Assembly (NCBI GenBank): GCA_030704615.1
Contig: CM060731.1
Location: 8,742,001 to 8,806,000, forward strand
Direction of reading: 5' to 3'
From: Takakia lepidozioides
Lineage: Eukaryota; Plantae; Bryophyta
DNA length: 64,000 nt
Below, piece after piece: positions 35,825 through 48,858 of this stretch (its first letter is position 1; every line of letters starts with the position of its first letter). The notes beneath the pieces were generated by a model, which did no database searches, was not told the origin of the DNA, and worked only from the letters and a program-made list of their open reading frames with translations. The position numbers and the translations under genes are program-made.

Positions 35825-37688
35825 TAATGCATACTACTAATAATAATAATAACATGTGATTCACCAATGGAACACATAAGGGACATAAAGAATATGTGCC
35901 CAATTGGGACCCACTCAATAGGTACTTGTAGGATTGGGTGTCTCAAAAGCGACAGATGTTGAATCCATGGATGTTGAATCCATGGAAGTCTATTGAAAAA
36001 TAAATAAAAATCATTCTATGTTTTTATTTTATTTAAAAAAATAGATAGTAGTATACCTAACATTTTTAGTAAAGAGTTCCCACCCAAATATTGAAGGCAT
36101 TGTTCACTAGATATATTAATATTTAATTTAAAAAAATCAAAACGTAAAGTTTACAACTACTTGTCCATATACCACCCGCCACCTCTAGATAATAGGTTTG
36201 TATGCCTTTTTAGTAAAAGATCCCAAATACCCAAAACATAAAATGCTATCAATAATTTGAATTTTAGGTATTAAATAATCCATAGCTCTCAATACCTAAG
36301 GTAACTAGTCCATATAAATGTGGATTTGGATAGGTTTTAAAAATGGCACCCTTAGTATGTTTTCCTTTGTGCCATTATATGAGTGTAGATGATGTTTTTT
36401 TAGTCCATAAGATTTCTTGTGTAACATCTGCAGTCAAGTAATCAACTTTAAAAATCCATAGTTCTCGGGTACATGATTGTTTTTGTAATCTAACAGTTGA
36501 TACACAAACCTATTATAGTTAGAAACCCTACACCATATAAACTTAGATGAAATATTGAGTTGTTGGACAAATATGGATAAAGCAGAAACTGCATTTTATG
36601 CAAAAACTGAGACACCCAATCCTACAAATACCCCAATTTATAAGGTACGTAAGGTCTTTCAATGCAATGCATAATAATAATAAACTCACCAATCACCAAT
36701 GGAAGTCATATGGAACATAAAGAACATGTACCCAATCGGGACTCACTCAATATATAAAGTACCTAAGTGAAATGCATAGTAATATATTCATTCATGATTC
36801 ATCTACCAATGGAGCACATACGGAACATAAAGAACGTGTGCCTAGTTGGGACCACTCAAGATATAAGGTCATAAGGTGCTTTCATGCAAACAAATGCATA
36901 GTCCTACTAAAGGTAGGGCCAACAAAATAAAATAACCCAAACTTAAAAATCTAATGTATTAGAAATACTAATAATAAAATAGTTGTAATTAGTAGGGTAG
37001 AACATAGATGAGTGCTCCTAGGAGATTTCTATTGTAGATAATGTAGACTCAAATGCAAGTGTCCCCTTATTTTCAACTCTATTTCAGAGTTAAATTTGCT
37101 TGTGTTTAGTGTGTAAAGGGATTTCACCCTATGGAAAGGGCATGGGCAGGGGGCATGACAAGGCAAGGAGATGACGTATAATTTATAGTACATGCTATTC
37201 AAGGTATTAGAAATGTTGTAATACCCAAGCAATTGGGGCAGATAGGGTCTGGGGGGGTTTTCACCATTATACATAACTGAGGATAGGTTCCTAGGACCAG
37301 GGTTGAGAACCGACTCCAACCCATATACCTGCACAACACTATGTTGTGCGGGTGCCTGGACCCGCTATTTGTCATGTTGGTAATACTTGAAACCAATAGA
37401 TATTTAAAACCAAAAGTTATTTATAAACTCGGGACCGACGGATATTAGGAAATGATAATAATATCCGCCGGACACTAGTTGAGTAAGGGGGATGGAATGC
37501 CCCACCCCAAGGTACCCACGTACCAACTGTGAGTGTGGGAGCATTTCCCCTATGTAGGAGCATTTTCCAGCGTGGCACCTGATTGACACGTTTTTTCCCC
37601 TCGACCTCTAGTAGATGCTGACAGCATCGCCCACTCTAATGCAAAATGCAACTTGTCGTGACAGGTCACACCACAAATTGTGCCCTAG
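35825..37688 (+). mobile_element. Non-autonomous interspersed repeat, copy B
   Basis: Colinear with ~1200-3005. Confidence 0.85.
35920..36634. mobile_element. MITE, ~715 bp
   Basis: TIRs GGTACTTGTAGGATTGGGTGTCTCA / TGAGACACCCAATCCTACAAATACC with 3-bp TSD AAT. Empty site in copy A at ~1290. Confidence 0.88.
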
Positions 37689-37736
37689 ATTACAAGGTAT
37701 TAATGCTTTGTTTTATATTTTGTTTGCCTCCCAAAA

Positions 37737-37920
37737 ATATAAATATATATATATGACGCCTCTCGAAGGGAGCGTAACTTATGGTGTCACTTCAACACAA
37801 GGGCTACTGCCTTCCAGGTGAAAGGTGGACACCTTCATGACACACCAGACCGTGGTTTGAACCCATAACCACATCCAACGTGGTATGTGCCTATTACGAC
37901 TGGGCTACATGCTGGTTGTC
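37737..37920 (-). mobile_element. tRNA-derived SINE with a structured 3' tail and (TA)n end
   Basis: A-box TAGCCCAGTCG and B-box GGTTCAAACC on -. TSD TTGCCTCC(C)AAAA (37724 / 37921). Confidence 0.82.
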
Positions 37921-38331
37921 TTGCCTCCAAAAGGTATGCCCAAGCTTGGAAGTATGTTATGCTGCTGAGCCATTTGGCGGTTTAGATAGCCCAATGGTTA
38001 TGGCATAATACCATTTCATTAAAAGTAAAATGTGGACTCTTGCCACACAAGTGTGTTGGATTGCATAAAATAAGTCAGCCACATCCCCATTGGAAGACTA
38101 GTAGTCCTTCGGAGTCAAGTGACACATAAGTTACGGTTGCTTTGGTGAGCTAGAGTCTACATTTTTTATGCTCTTTTTATCTTACTTTTAAAACAAAAGT
38201 GCCAATTGTTTTAAAAAAACAACAAAAAAAACTGGAGAAAAATTGCCTCTTCTTCTTTAGCTTAAACAACTAGTACATATCGCACAAAAACAAACCTTGT
38301 CTTCATGATGTTGTTGGTGTGTCTTGTACAG

Positions 38332-38570
38332 AATTTCCAACGCCCCTCATACCTTGTTGCATTGCAATAAACTCGAGCCATATTTGTGGTGATATGGACA
38401 GTGTGGGTGGATCGCTCTACACAGTATGTAGTCGGACAGATGAAGCATTTTTCTGGGACGAAAATCACCCTACAGATGCAGGCTGGAGTTATATCTTCAA
38501 TCTCTTTGCGGATAGCCTCAACTACACCAATTCGAGAAACCTTACGGCCTTCTTGACTCTAGGAAGCTAG
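38332..38570 (+). pseudogene. GDSL lipase last exon (block V), orphaned on the opposite strand
   Basis: Acceptor TACAG followed by PCC...C...C...FFWDENHPT (catalytic D-x-x-H) and a stop. Confidence 0.9.
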
Positions 38571-39127
38571 AATTGAGGCTGGTATTGTAGGTTAGAGTAC
38601 ACCCACCACTGACCATTTGCCACCGGTTGAGGGAGTTGTTAGTGATGAATAGCTAACTCCTTGGGCAACATTTGAGAATTAGTTCGCATGTGTTGCTTTA
38701 GAAGAAGATTACATACATAACAATTTAAAATTATTGTGGGGAAAAAAATTAAAACCCCTGTTACACCATTAGGCACACACACCGTAATCAGTGAAGTCGG
38801 GAACCATTAGTTTGGGTGTATTGAATAAGAAAGCAAATGAGTTTGTTTCACTGATTAAGTAATACCCGGCCTAGTGCTGCAGCACTGCAGCTGACATTGG
38901 TGGGGAGACTTAGCGCAAGGAACTCGTTGTCTAAATCAAGGTATTTTGTATGTAAATTAAAAAATATTGTATTTACAGTACTTATTCAGTTTTGTATTAG
39001 TATTATGATGGTTGGTGGGCATTCATTGGAAAAAAATCACGTTGCACGTACATAAAGTTGGGTACTTATCGAGGAAAACCATCTTCTGTATATAAAATAA
39101 AAAGTGACCAAAACATCAATACAAAGT

Positions 39128-39605
39128 TGTACTATGTGGAGATGGGATTCCTCCTCACCTGCTTATTCGACTTGGATAAATGGAGGGAGGATGCGCTCTG
39201 GATGGAGTAGGGATGGACGGAGGTAGGATGTAGTCTGGATGAACTTACACTTTGTGCATGAGGATGAGCTGGCAACAGCTTATGGCTTTTAATACATACT
39301 GTCTTATTCTAACATCTAGTTTAGGATTAGATTAGGATGGAACTAGGTGATATGCTTCTTTCTATGGAATGACATCTAGCTAACCTATGTGTAAGTGCCA
39401 CGTGGCACAAGGATTAGATTATGACCTAATACTATTTAAGTTGCACTGTCGTGGCAGTGGTGGTGGATTTCATCTTATGTGTGTGCGTACACTGTGTGAT
39501 GGCGTACTTGAGTGCCTGCATGAACGTGGTATGGATGAGTAAGTCCGTTGAGTCCTCTTCGTGAGATTCCGTCTTCTCTGCCAGGCTCATCTACCGATCA
39601 CTACA
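39128..39605 (-). repeat. Probable 3' LTR of another retroelement
   Basis: On -, purine tract AAGGGGAA followed by TGTAG...GTACA. No partner LTR seen. Confidence 0.5.
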
Positions 39606-40929
39606 TTCCCCTTGTTAGCTCTAATCCGGGAGAGGAAAGGGAATAACCCCCTGGCACCGGAATCGTGGTGGAGATGTGGGGTAACTAAAAGTCATTAACA
39701 AAGAATGTGTCTAGTATGAAGCACCTGCTCAAGGGCGCAGTAGTAGATTGCGTACGGGGGATCTGGCATGATTGAGGGGAGAGGTGATAGCAAAATGGCG
39801 GCTAGTATGTCATGCACAGTGAAGGAGAGAGAAGCTCTGTTTGCTAGAGCTTCCCTGTGTTTTGAGAGTTTTGTGAGTAAGCACCATGGCATCCAGCTCT
39901 GAGCGTGGTTGGTTTGAGCTTGATCAGTACGAGGTTCCTCGCATGAGACAGACCTGGGCATTGGAGTCACGTTATATTTGTGAACTTGCACACAATCTGC
40001 TGCCAGAACAAATTGTGTTCATTGACTATCTATAAGGAGAGCCCCTCCCGCGACCTGAGCTTCCTTTGGACACTCCATCCGAGTTTTGGGCCAAGACTTT
40101 TGAGGAATCCTCCAAGCCTATTCATACTAAGGTTGAGTGTAGGGAGCAGAATCGACGCATCAAGGTCCAAGGAGTCTCTACAAGGGGCTTATGTTGCGCG
40201 TTTGTTGCTCAAACTCCATTCCAGGGAAGTTGCCCTTCAAATTTCCCTTTCTAGTGCTAAAGAGCAGTTGGAGAGGGGAGAGACGCTTAGTTGGGCAGTG
40301 CTGGGCATCCCTCAGTTCTCAGTGAGTCGTGAGTTGGGGATTGAGCTCGAAGCTTCCTGCCGCCTGACAGGCCGAGTCCCCTATGGTTGTGGGAGCTGGT
40401 GAAGGGAGGGACATCCATTCTACTAGCAAATTTGCAACCTAGAATTCCTCTCGCTCCTACCCAAGATTCCACTTGGGAAGAATTGATCACGGGCATTGCT
40501 GATTCTGATTTTCCGTTTTGCGTAAGAGATGTGGTAGTGTTTCCAGGGATTTGTTTTCTATGTATTATTGTGAGCCTCGAAAAATTGTTTTTTGCCAAAG
40601 TACATGAATGCATGGAAACAAAGTAAAACAATGGACTTGCTTCACTAAAAGATACATTTCATGTAGATGAAGAGTAGCCCGAGTCCCACTATGCGATATA
40701 ACGAAAAAATAAAATAAAAAAATAAAATAAGAAAATAAAAATAATAGCTTGTACTAGGAAAAATAGAAATAATGCCATAGTGTCTGTTACTGTCAACTTT
40801 AGATGGTTCATATCTTTCAACATGGATGAATCTAGCGACTATAATTTTTCCATAATCATCAAATCAAAACTCTGAAAAACCTTGGGACTTTTTGTGTAGT
40901 CCACACAGTGGATTTTTTCTAGCCACCGT

Positions 40930-42990
40930 AGCTTGCTTTCACCCGACTTTAAGATATCCTACAAAAGAGGCAAAGACAACATCAATGCTAATGCTTTGAC
41001 TCGTGGCGAAACCAAAAGACGTAAACCCTATACCACTCTAGATGATCTTGTTCATCTTGCTTCACAGCCTGTGTCATCTACTATGCCTGTTTTATATCCT
41101 TTTGCCTCGTGTCATCTGCTGGACTACCCTTATGTTCCTTCCTGATCTGATTGACACTTGGGATTTGGTTCAAGGGCAGTTGCAAGCTACGGTGGACCAA
41201 AAACTGCGTAACATGGCAGTTTCTGCAGTGACCTCCATTCATGGTACCTTTTATAGTAAAATCACAACTCAATATTTCATACAAAGTTTATACGGTCTAA
41301 GATTTGTAACTACGGTAAAGACATACTCCAATTTTTTTTTATTGTAAACAAGATCATCTATGAAAGAACTATGGACTCTTAAAGTTGAATCTTATGGACT
41401 GTAGTATTACACATGAAAAATCGTATGGACTAAAAAAACATCATATATACCTAAGTAATAGCAAAAAGAAAAACACATTAGGGGTGCAATTTTTGAAAGC
41501 TACCCTAATGCACTTTTATATGGACTAAAAACATCAAGGAATGAGAGGTATGGACTAATTTACACTAAACACTGGGTCCAAACTGGGCCTGTTTTCCCTA
41601 ATGTCCATCATCATCATTTAGAGGCTTTTGGGATATCATCGTTACTAAAAAAGGTGTAAAAACCCATAATCTAGAGGTGACAAGTGATGTATGGAAAAAA
41701 TTCAAAAGTCTCTAATTATTAGAAATAAAAAATGGTTTTCTATTTTTTAGAATTAAATAATAAAATTTATAATAAAAAATTCTAGCCTATTTGGGGTGGG
41801 ACTTTTTACTAAAAATGTTAAATATATCATATTTAACATCTAAAATTAAATATTTGGATAAATCCACTCAATTTGAGGTACCTATATAGATTTTAATGGA
41901 GGAAAAATCTACCTCTTTTGGTCCGTCGTACCTTGCAACTGCCCTCAATTTGATGTTGGTTGAGTTTGCTGCTTGGTTCTGGTATGAATTCGAGGCTGAG
42001 AACTTGTAGAAGGCTCTGGTTCTCTCCCTTACCTTAGGCCTGTTCATCTTTTCTGGCATCTACACTGATTTGTTTCTGACCAAGGGACTAAGCTGCCCTC
42101 TATAGCCTGCTTGCTCTCTCATTAGGCAGCTATCTGAAAACGAAGTTAGGACTTATGAGCGGAAGAAAACGGGGGCAGACACTTCATTCTCTCCTGCACT
42201 AACCTACTGTTGTGCGGCCATGAGTGATGTAGGCATGGATGATCCATTATACGATGCTCCATTATACGATGCTCTTTTCCACAGGTGCAAAGCCGACACC
42301 CACTTTTGTGGCATATCCAAGCTGCTCATGAGGCAAGTCAACTATCACCTACCCAACCACCGGGAAAGTGAAGGGAGATTGTTCAGAGTGAATGCTTTGG
42401 AAGGTACCTCTGCTGTGGAAGTCCCTTCTAGGTCCGCTGTCCCTTCTAAATATTAGAATTGTACCATACTTCCACTTTTGCTGGCCATTTGGGGTTACTA
42501 AAACTGTAAAACAACTACATGAGCAATATCACTGGAAAAGCTTAGTTAAAGGTGTTTCAACTTTTATAGCAAGATGTGTACCATGTCATGCCAAGACCAT
42601 CATACCTAGGACCAAAGCGCCGTTGCCTTTGCAACCAATCCCTGTGATTAAACCATTCGCAAGGGTTGGCTTAGATCTAGTTGGACCCCTTAAATCCACG
42701 TCCAAGGGCCATGCATACCTTGTTGTTGTTACGGATTACCTGACGAAATTGGTTGAGCTCTGATATCTGGTTACTAAGGATAATGATGAGGTGATACAGT
42801 TTTTCCTTGATAAGGTGATCCTTTGCCACGGTTGCCCTCTTGAGATCCTCACGGATCAAGGTACAGAGTTCTATAACCAACTCATGGAGATTGTCTTGTT
42901 TAATCTCAACACTAAGCATGCAGTCACTGCTCCCTATAATCCCCAATGCAATGGTTTGACAGAACGATTTAACAAAACTATGTGCCACGA
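40930..42990 (+). pseudogene. Degenerate Ty3/Gypsy pol remnant (RNase H end, integrase)
   Basis: FKISYKRGKDN, CVPC, GLDLVGPL, TDYLTK, ILTDQGTEF, PQCNGLTERFN. Confidence 0.88.
41345..41865 (-). mobile_element. Diverged copy of the 35920-36634 MITE body
   Basis: Reverse-complement similarity to ~36040-36470. Ends unclear. Confidence 0.65.
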
Positions 42991-43759
42991 GTATGTACTA
43001 AACGTCTGCGAGACCACCGTCACAATTGTGGTCATCGCGGAGTTCCTCAAAATTGCTCAAAAAAAAAAGCGCAAGAACGGGAGGACTTGCAGCAACATGT
43101 CGATGAATATCAGAATCTTGCATACGATTTGTGATATTTGTGTACTTGTGCTCCTGCAAACGAGTGGATGGTATAGAAACATCGTAGAAGATACACGCCA
43201 CTTCAACCATCTGCAACTCGGTAGGTCTGATCATGCACTTCCAAATTGCATCATATCTCTACAAATCCATACCACTGTTATGAAATCCAAACTATCCCAG
43301 GTTCACTCAACCAACTAACTTGCAGAATTCAACATGAAAATTTAGGGCCGATTCTAATAAGAGGGAAAAACAGGGTGAAATGTGTTGAAAAAAGTGCCTT
43401 TATTAGCAGACCATTTTCTCGTTAGCAGATTTCTTGTAGCTATTGATCCACAGGGAATCAGAACTAATATTGTGTTTGAAATCCGGCCCTCTTGGATGAA
43501 CCTGGACCTCTATCCCTGGTCCTTCAGCTATCCCTGTCTGTGTACAAATCATGAATACTTGCTGCTAGCAGCTGACACTGACGACGTGAAGTTCTTCTAG
43601 CAAACCCCAACCCTAATTATTACAGTAGTTCTAATTCTAAATTGCATCTACTTCTCTCTAGTGTAGTCCAACATGCACTCACCTTTTTGTCTCCATTGTC
43701 CCGCCATTGACTAGGGTCGGAAAAGTGTTCATTCCAAAGCTTCTCCTCATCTCTGTTAC

Positions 43760-44520
43760 CTGTTTTTGGATACTTTCATGTTGCCACATCGGCAGCAACT
43801 TGTCAAAGTCACTCTAAAGTCCTCGTCCCTGCATCCGGGTAAAATTGTCCAGATCTTAACATATGCAGCACCACCTTTAGCAACGTGGAAGACAAGTAAG
43901 TGTGCATCTTGTATTTAAACCATATCTGAGCTCGCTGTACAATATTTTGATGGGTCAAACATATATGGTTTTTTGCTGCAAAGTCGCCGTATATAATGTA
44001 TTGTTCCATACCCTCGTTGATTTCATCGCCTGTAACATTGGACTGCACAAATTGAAAACCGGGTTCGTTCCTATCTTTCATGCAGTATCCAACCATTCCA
44101 ATATATGTATGTAGGCCTCTCTCTCTCAACAACTTGCAATGCACGACCTGACCAGGTGGCGTCATTCTCGGGTCATCCCATCCTAGGTGTTTTTTTAATT
44201 AATTTGTTACGCATCACCAAGCTGGAAACAAAGACTTTGCATACCATTTGCAAGTGCAGTTGGAAGACCGATCAATCTATTTCCAAAGAGCAGAGCCTAC
44301 TCTCACACACAGAATTGATGAAGGAATACTTCCATTTTTTGTAAACAAGCACGATCGATGTCCACTCCCCCAACAACGATGGTGACGCTAGCTTGCACGA
44401 CCTTCTTCCCTTCCATGTATCGCTCCTTTGCCTTGTCTCTTGCTATCCGCTTCATCCCTCTCATCTCTTCAAACATTTATATGCTAAAGCATCAACAGTC
44501 GGCGGCCTTCGTTCCGTCGC
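43760..44520 (-). pseudogene. Replitron HUH endonuclease (rolling-circle-type transposase), degenerate
   Basis: SVTIVVGGVDID...FQLHLQMV (HUH-type motif)...HLGWD...GLHTYIGMVGYCMKD (catalytic Tyr)...LRSGQFYP. Confidence 0.8.
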
Positions 44521-45004
44521 TTTTAGACGGTGATCATATAGTTTTCTAGAAGCTTGGACACACGTCGAAATGTGGTCGCTCTCTTCCATCGCTCCATCAC
44601 ACTGTCTTCGTCCATCCCTATTGGTCAATCCCACTATCTCCATTTCGTTGACCTTCAAAATTTCTACGCAGCAATGTTGGGTACTTATTATTTTGTCATG
44701 TGAGTTGAAAGCATACTTCCATACAATGAATCCGGATGATGTACGTTTTATTGCACAAAAACAACCTGGAGAACCAAAACCAACCTTGGAAAAGCCTTCA
44801 GGAAGAAACCTTAATGGGGTGTAGACAACATAAATACGAACTAATATATATAAAAAATAAAACCACATAGCATGAGGATCAACTTATAAACCATCATAAT
44901 GGACTAGACTCTAACTACTATGATGAAGTAACCAACATTTCGGATGACAGATAGAAATAGGAAGATGCACGCCGTGGAGGCTAATTATGCAAACGGGACA
45001 TATA

Positions 45005-45470
45005 GGTTTTTCATTTTTATTTTGCTTACTACCTTACTAACAACACTAAGTTGTAGCGAGTGCGAGTTTTCCGGCATGTATGCTTTTTATCCTACTAACA
45101 CACACCAAGTTCTAGCGACTGTGACTCTTCCATATTTGTTTGTCCATTTGTATCTTAAACTATCCTAGTTACACTCCAAACCTTATTGTACTACCATGTT
45201 ATCTCTTCTCAATGTTTCATGCTCTTTTAATATTTTCTTTTGTTGGATAAGGTATGATAGAATGATTACATGGATATCCAACCATTTCTTAATTCTACCG
45301 AGTATGAGTCCATCATATTTGTTTGTCCTTTTGTACCCTAAATCCAAACCCTAAACCCTTACCCTTACAGTAAACCCAAACCTTATTATACTTCTCTCTA
45401 GTTACACCCCAAACCTTATTGTACTACCCTAGTACCTCTTCCGAATGTTTCATGCTATTCTAATATTTTA
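45005..45470 (-). repeat. Replitron upstream repeats with AAACCCT telomere-like motifs
   Basis: Direct repeat at 45165/45398. Homologous to 5060-5395. Confidence 0.7.
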
Positions 45471-48400
45471 CTGCCCTTGTCACATCCAAAACATGATTCA
45501 TTCCAATGGCGTGGTATGTGAACATTATGCTTGATATGAAGATTCAATCAATAAAATTACTAGCAAGTTGTATCGAGTATGATAAAATAGGAATCTGGCC
45601 CATGTTCGATGCGACCCATTTGTTTATCGTGATCCTGCAATGAAATATTATTTTATTCGACTTCCAAGTGGACATTCAATGAATTGTTCAATACTGCTAC
45701 TTCACATTGAGCACTTCAATGTCAAATGGACCTCTTATATGACACATTTTGAAGCAGGTATGACATCACCTGTAATTTCACAAAGTTCAATCACACATTA
45801 CACCATGATATTATTAATATTTCAATTAATTTTAATTCAAATATATATTAAGTTTAGTCCGGATTTAAGCCAAAAGTCCAGAATTAATTGAAATAGTGTT
45901 TTATGTAGACGACAACGAGGATTACATTGTTTAACAAAGACTTGTGCAGTGAAGTTAGAATGAAAAACCAATCGACACAATTAATGTGTTTGGCTCCTAG
46001 TATAAATGCTTGCCCCTTTATATCATTGTGAAGTGCTTAATTAATTCTAGTGACAGCTGAAAAGTCGGAGTTTAGTTTTAGCGTAGAGAAAAAATATATA
46101 TAGTCCATAAATGTCATGTCATTGTATCAAACCTGTCTGAACTACCCATCAAAACTTATTTTTTAAATTTAATCGGTTCCAAGTTTGTTGTCTTGGTATG
46201 ATCATCTAAGCTCCGTCGTACAAAAGAGACGTTGTGATGCTCTCCATTGGAGTCTTGTTGAATGTGCCTGGGCTAATATATAATCTATATATTTATAAAA
46301 AATAACAAAAATGACAACGCGAGTGCTCTAGTTCTAGCAAAAGACAGCTCATTTCGGGATTGTATTCTTCAAGACCTTATTGGGTCCATGGATTATATCA
46401 GAATGGATTCAAGGCTGCAGGAGTGTAGGACTTCTAACATACTCACCAATGTCCTGCATATTTTTGAGTTATTTGCTGCTAGTGTTGTGGGTCAAGCTTT
46501 CAAAGTTTGGAATGATAAACTCTTTCCATTTCCGAATATCTCTACCAAAAGATTAAGACATGCCACTGTTTGTACTAAGGCGCTCTAGTACATTATTGAT
46601 TTTAGTAAAGTGTGAAAGAACAATTTAGTCTATGCTAAACAAGTCATGCTTATCCACCAAAGCCCACTCAATGGTTGATGAGTGAGATACTTAGGATAGG
46701 TTGGGATTATATGGATTTTCTATAAAGCATCTCAAGCAGACAAACAAGGGTTTTCATTTCTGGTTTTCTCAATATTGAGTATATTGTGTTGAAGTTCTGC
46801 TACATAGAAAAGCACATAAGAATAGAACAATGTTTGTGGTTAAAGGCTGGTGATGAACTCAGAAGTCGAGTCCTCTACCTATTGATTATACCTATTCTGA
46901 TCCCAGGAAACACTGCTGTGCATGCTACATCCTCCCAAAACTTACATGTCATACAGACAAAATGAGAATATTACTACATTTAGAGCAAGAGATGAGCATT
47001 ACACATCATATGATGGTGGCGGTCATACTTCGTACAGTGCTCGTCTCATATTCAACATGATCCAATTCTTCAATGTAAGATTATTCTAACACACCATCAT
47101 GATTATACTTATTTGTACTTGATCATTTGTACTCATTTGTACTTATTTAATATAATAATTTCTACTTAACAGTTGTAAGGTTTTACACTTCTTAGAACAT
47201 TCTATATATTAGCCAACCATGCCATGTATCACCATAGCAAACAAATACAAGACACATCATTTGGAAACGGTTCATTTCTATAACAAGATTTGTATAATAT
47301 AGGTCTCTACAATCGTATTCCAGATTGAGGTAGCTAAGTCAAACTAAGCATGCACTCCCTCCGTCTCTGTCTTAGGTTGATGTCCCCATCAACGTTTGTT
47401 CCACATTTGAGGCCGTCTTTCAAAGGTCGCCACCGCATTGGATATGTTTTCCATTCTTGCGGCATGCACCCAACTTGCATCTACTTGGTGATATCCCTTC
47501 CATTTCATGAGATACTATGTTTCTTGATTTCGGATTCACCTTGACTTAAGTGTTGTCTCCATTTCGTATCCGGGATCCATTCTCATGATCAAGAAGCACA
47601 GGTGGTGGGCGCAAGGCCTGTTGCCGAATCAGACGTGTTTCATCTTTTAAGGAGGCTAAAAAACGAGACACGGAACACTGGATGCACTGTTTTCCACCCA
47701 TAATTCCAACTCGTAAACGTCCTTATTCATAACCTTCCGAATGTTTGCTTCAAACTTGACTTTTCATCGATTCTGATTGGTTTGTTGCGCTTTCTTGCCT
47801 GGACTTTGCAAGCTCCACAAAATGCTTGCGTCTTCAACATCGCCATTGTGCTGGAAACTTTTTTTTATCTCCTCCAGCCTCTTTGCTGCTCAATACATGA
47901 ACGCAAAATGCTTGCAACGGCAATTGCAGTTTCTCCCCCAATTATAGATAAAAATGACATTTTTAATGGTTATTTTGCGCTACGTTTATTGGTTTCCTAC
48001 TCCACAAAGGTAAAGTGTATGTTAGAAGATTCCCGATCCCTCTGTGAATAAATGAACATATGTGTGCGCTGGATCTTGTATGGAGGAAGCTGAGATGGAG
48101 GACGGGACATCGAAGGATGGAGGAAGCCAGGAAGAAGAAGAGAAGCCCTGCTTTTGGACATTGCCTCTGCCACATGAATGCATTTTCTTTGTAGATAATT
48201 CGCTAGACACTTCACTGTTCATTCTGTTCCTTGTGGCTATGGAGGAGGCGTTGATTATTGGTATGAATGTTGAGTGCCAAGTTTGCTTGGGGGGCCCAAG
48301 TCATTGACATCAAATGTGTTTTCCCGTAAACCACTTGGAAAAGTGAAGCTCCAATTCCGGAGTGTTTACATTATTATAGCAAGCATAGCTTCAGTTGCTT

Positions 48401-48715
48401 AAAATCATCCAAGTGTTTCCTCTAAGGACTGGGCCCCAGATTGCGTAAACTTGTCCAGTCCTCTGTCACAAGATGGAGATTGCTCAAGTTCACCCAAGTA
48501 TGTGCCCATGGGGCCTCCTATGGAAACACCAAACTCCTAAGCGTATTTTATGTAACAAATGGTGACAAGCTACTGGAGAGACTAAATATCACAGGCACTT
48601 GACAACAACACAACCCTGGACATCGAGACGATGCCTCACCTTCAAATGAGCTCAGCATTTAACATTCCGCAGACCAGCTGAGCCACCCAACATGTGTGGC
48701 ACTCATAGGAAGAAG

Positions 48716-48858
48716 CTAGTCTGCTTCTTTGGCTTTAATTTCACTGCCACCCTTGGGGGTTTCACTACAGACCCAAAAATAATGACTGCCAAAGGTAAAA
48801 TGGTGCCTATGAAATAGACACTGTTGTATGCCGCCAGTGTATCCCGACGACTCAATAG
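48716..48858 (-). pseudogene. Orphan last exon of a lysophospholipid acyltransferase (LPLAT/LPCAT, MBOAT family)
   Basis: After acceptor TTAGCAG: LLSRRDTLAAYNSVYFIGTILPLAVIIFGSVVKPPR, resembling the plant LPLAT C-terminus (LS..ETL.AY.SVYYIGTI.P). Confidence 0.7.

Noticed and set aside
37850-37920. tRNA genes at SINE heads (also 50040 and 54045)
   Set aside because: Only A/B boxes are retained and no clean cloverleaf is seen. Each is followed by a SINE body and tail and flanked by TSDs.
4780-45470. A 40-kb element bounded by long TIRs (5060-5395 versus 45005-45400)
   Set aside because: Module order differs between the two sides, no TSD was found, and the right copy is simply upstream of a Replitron ORF. 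Two dispersed copies is the simpler reading.
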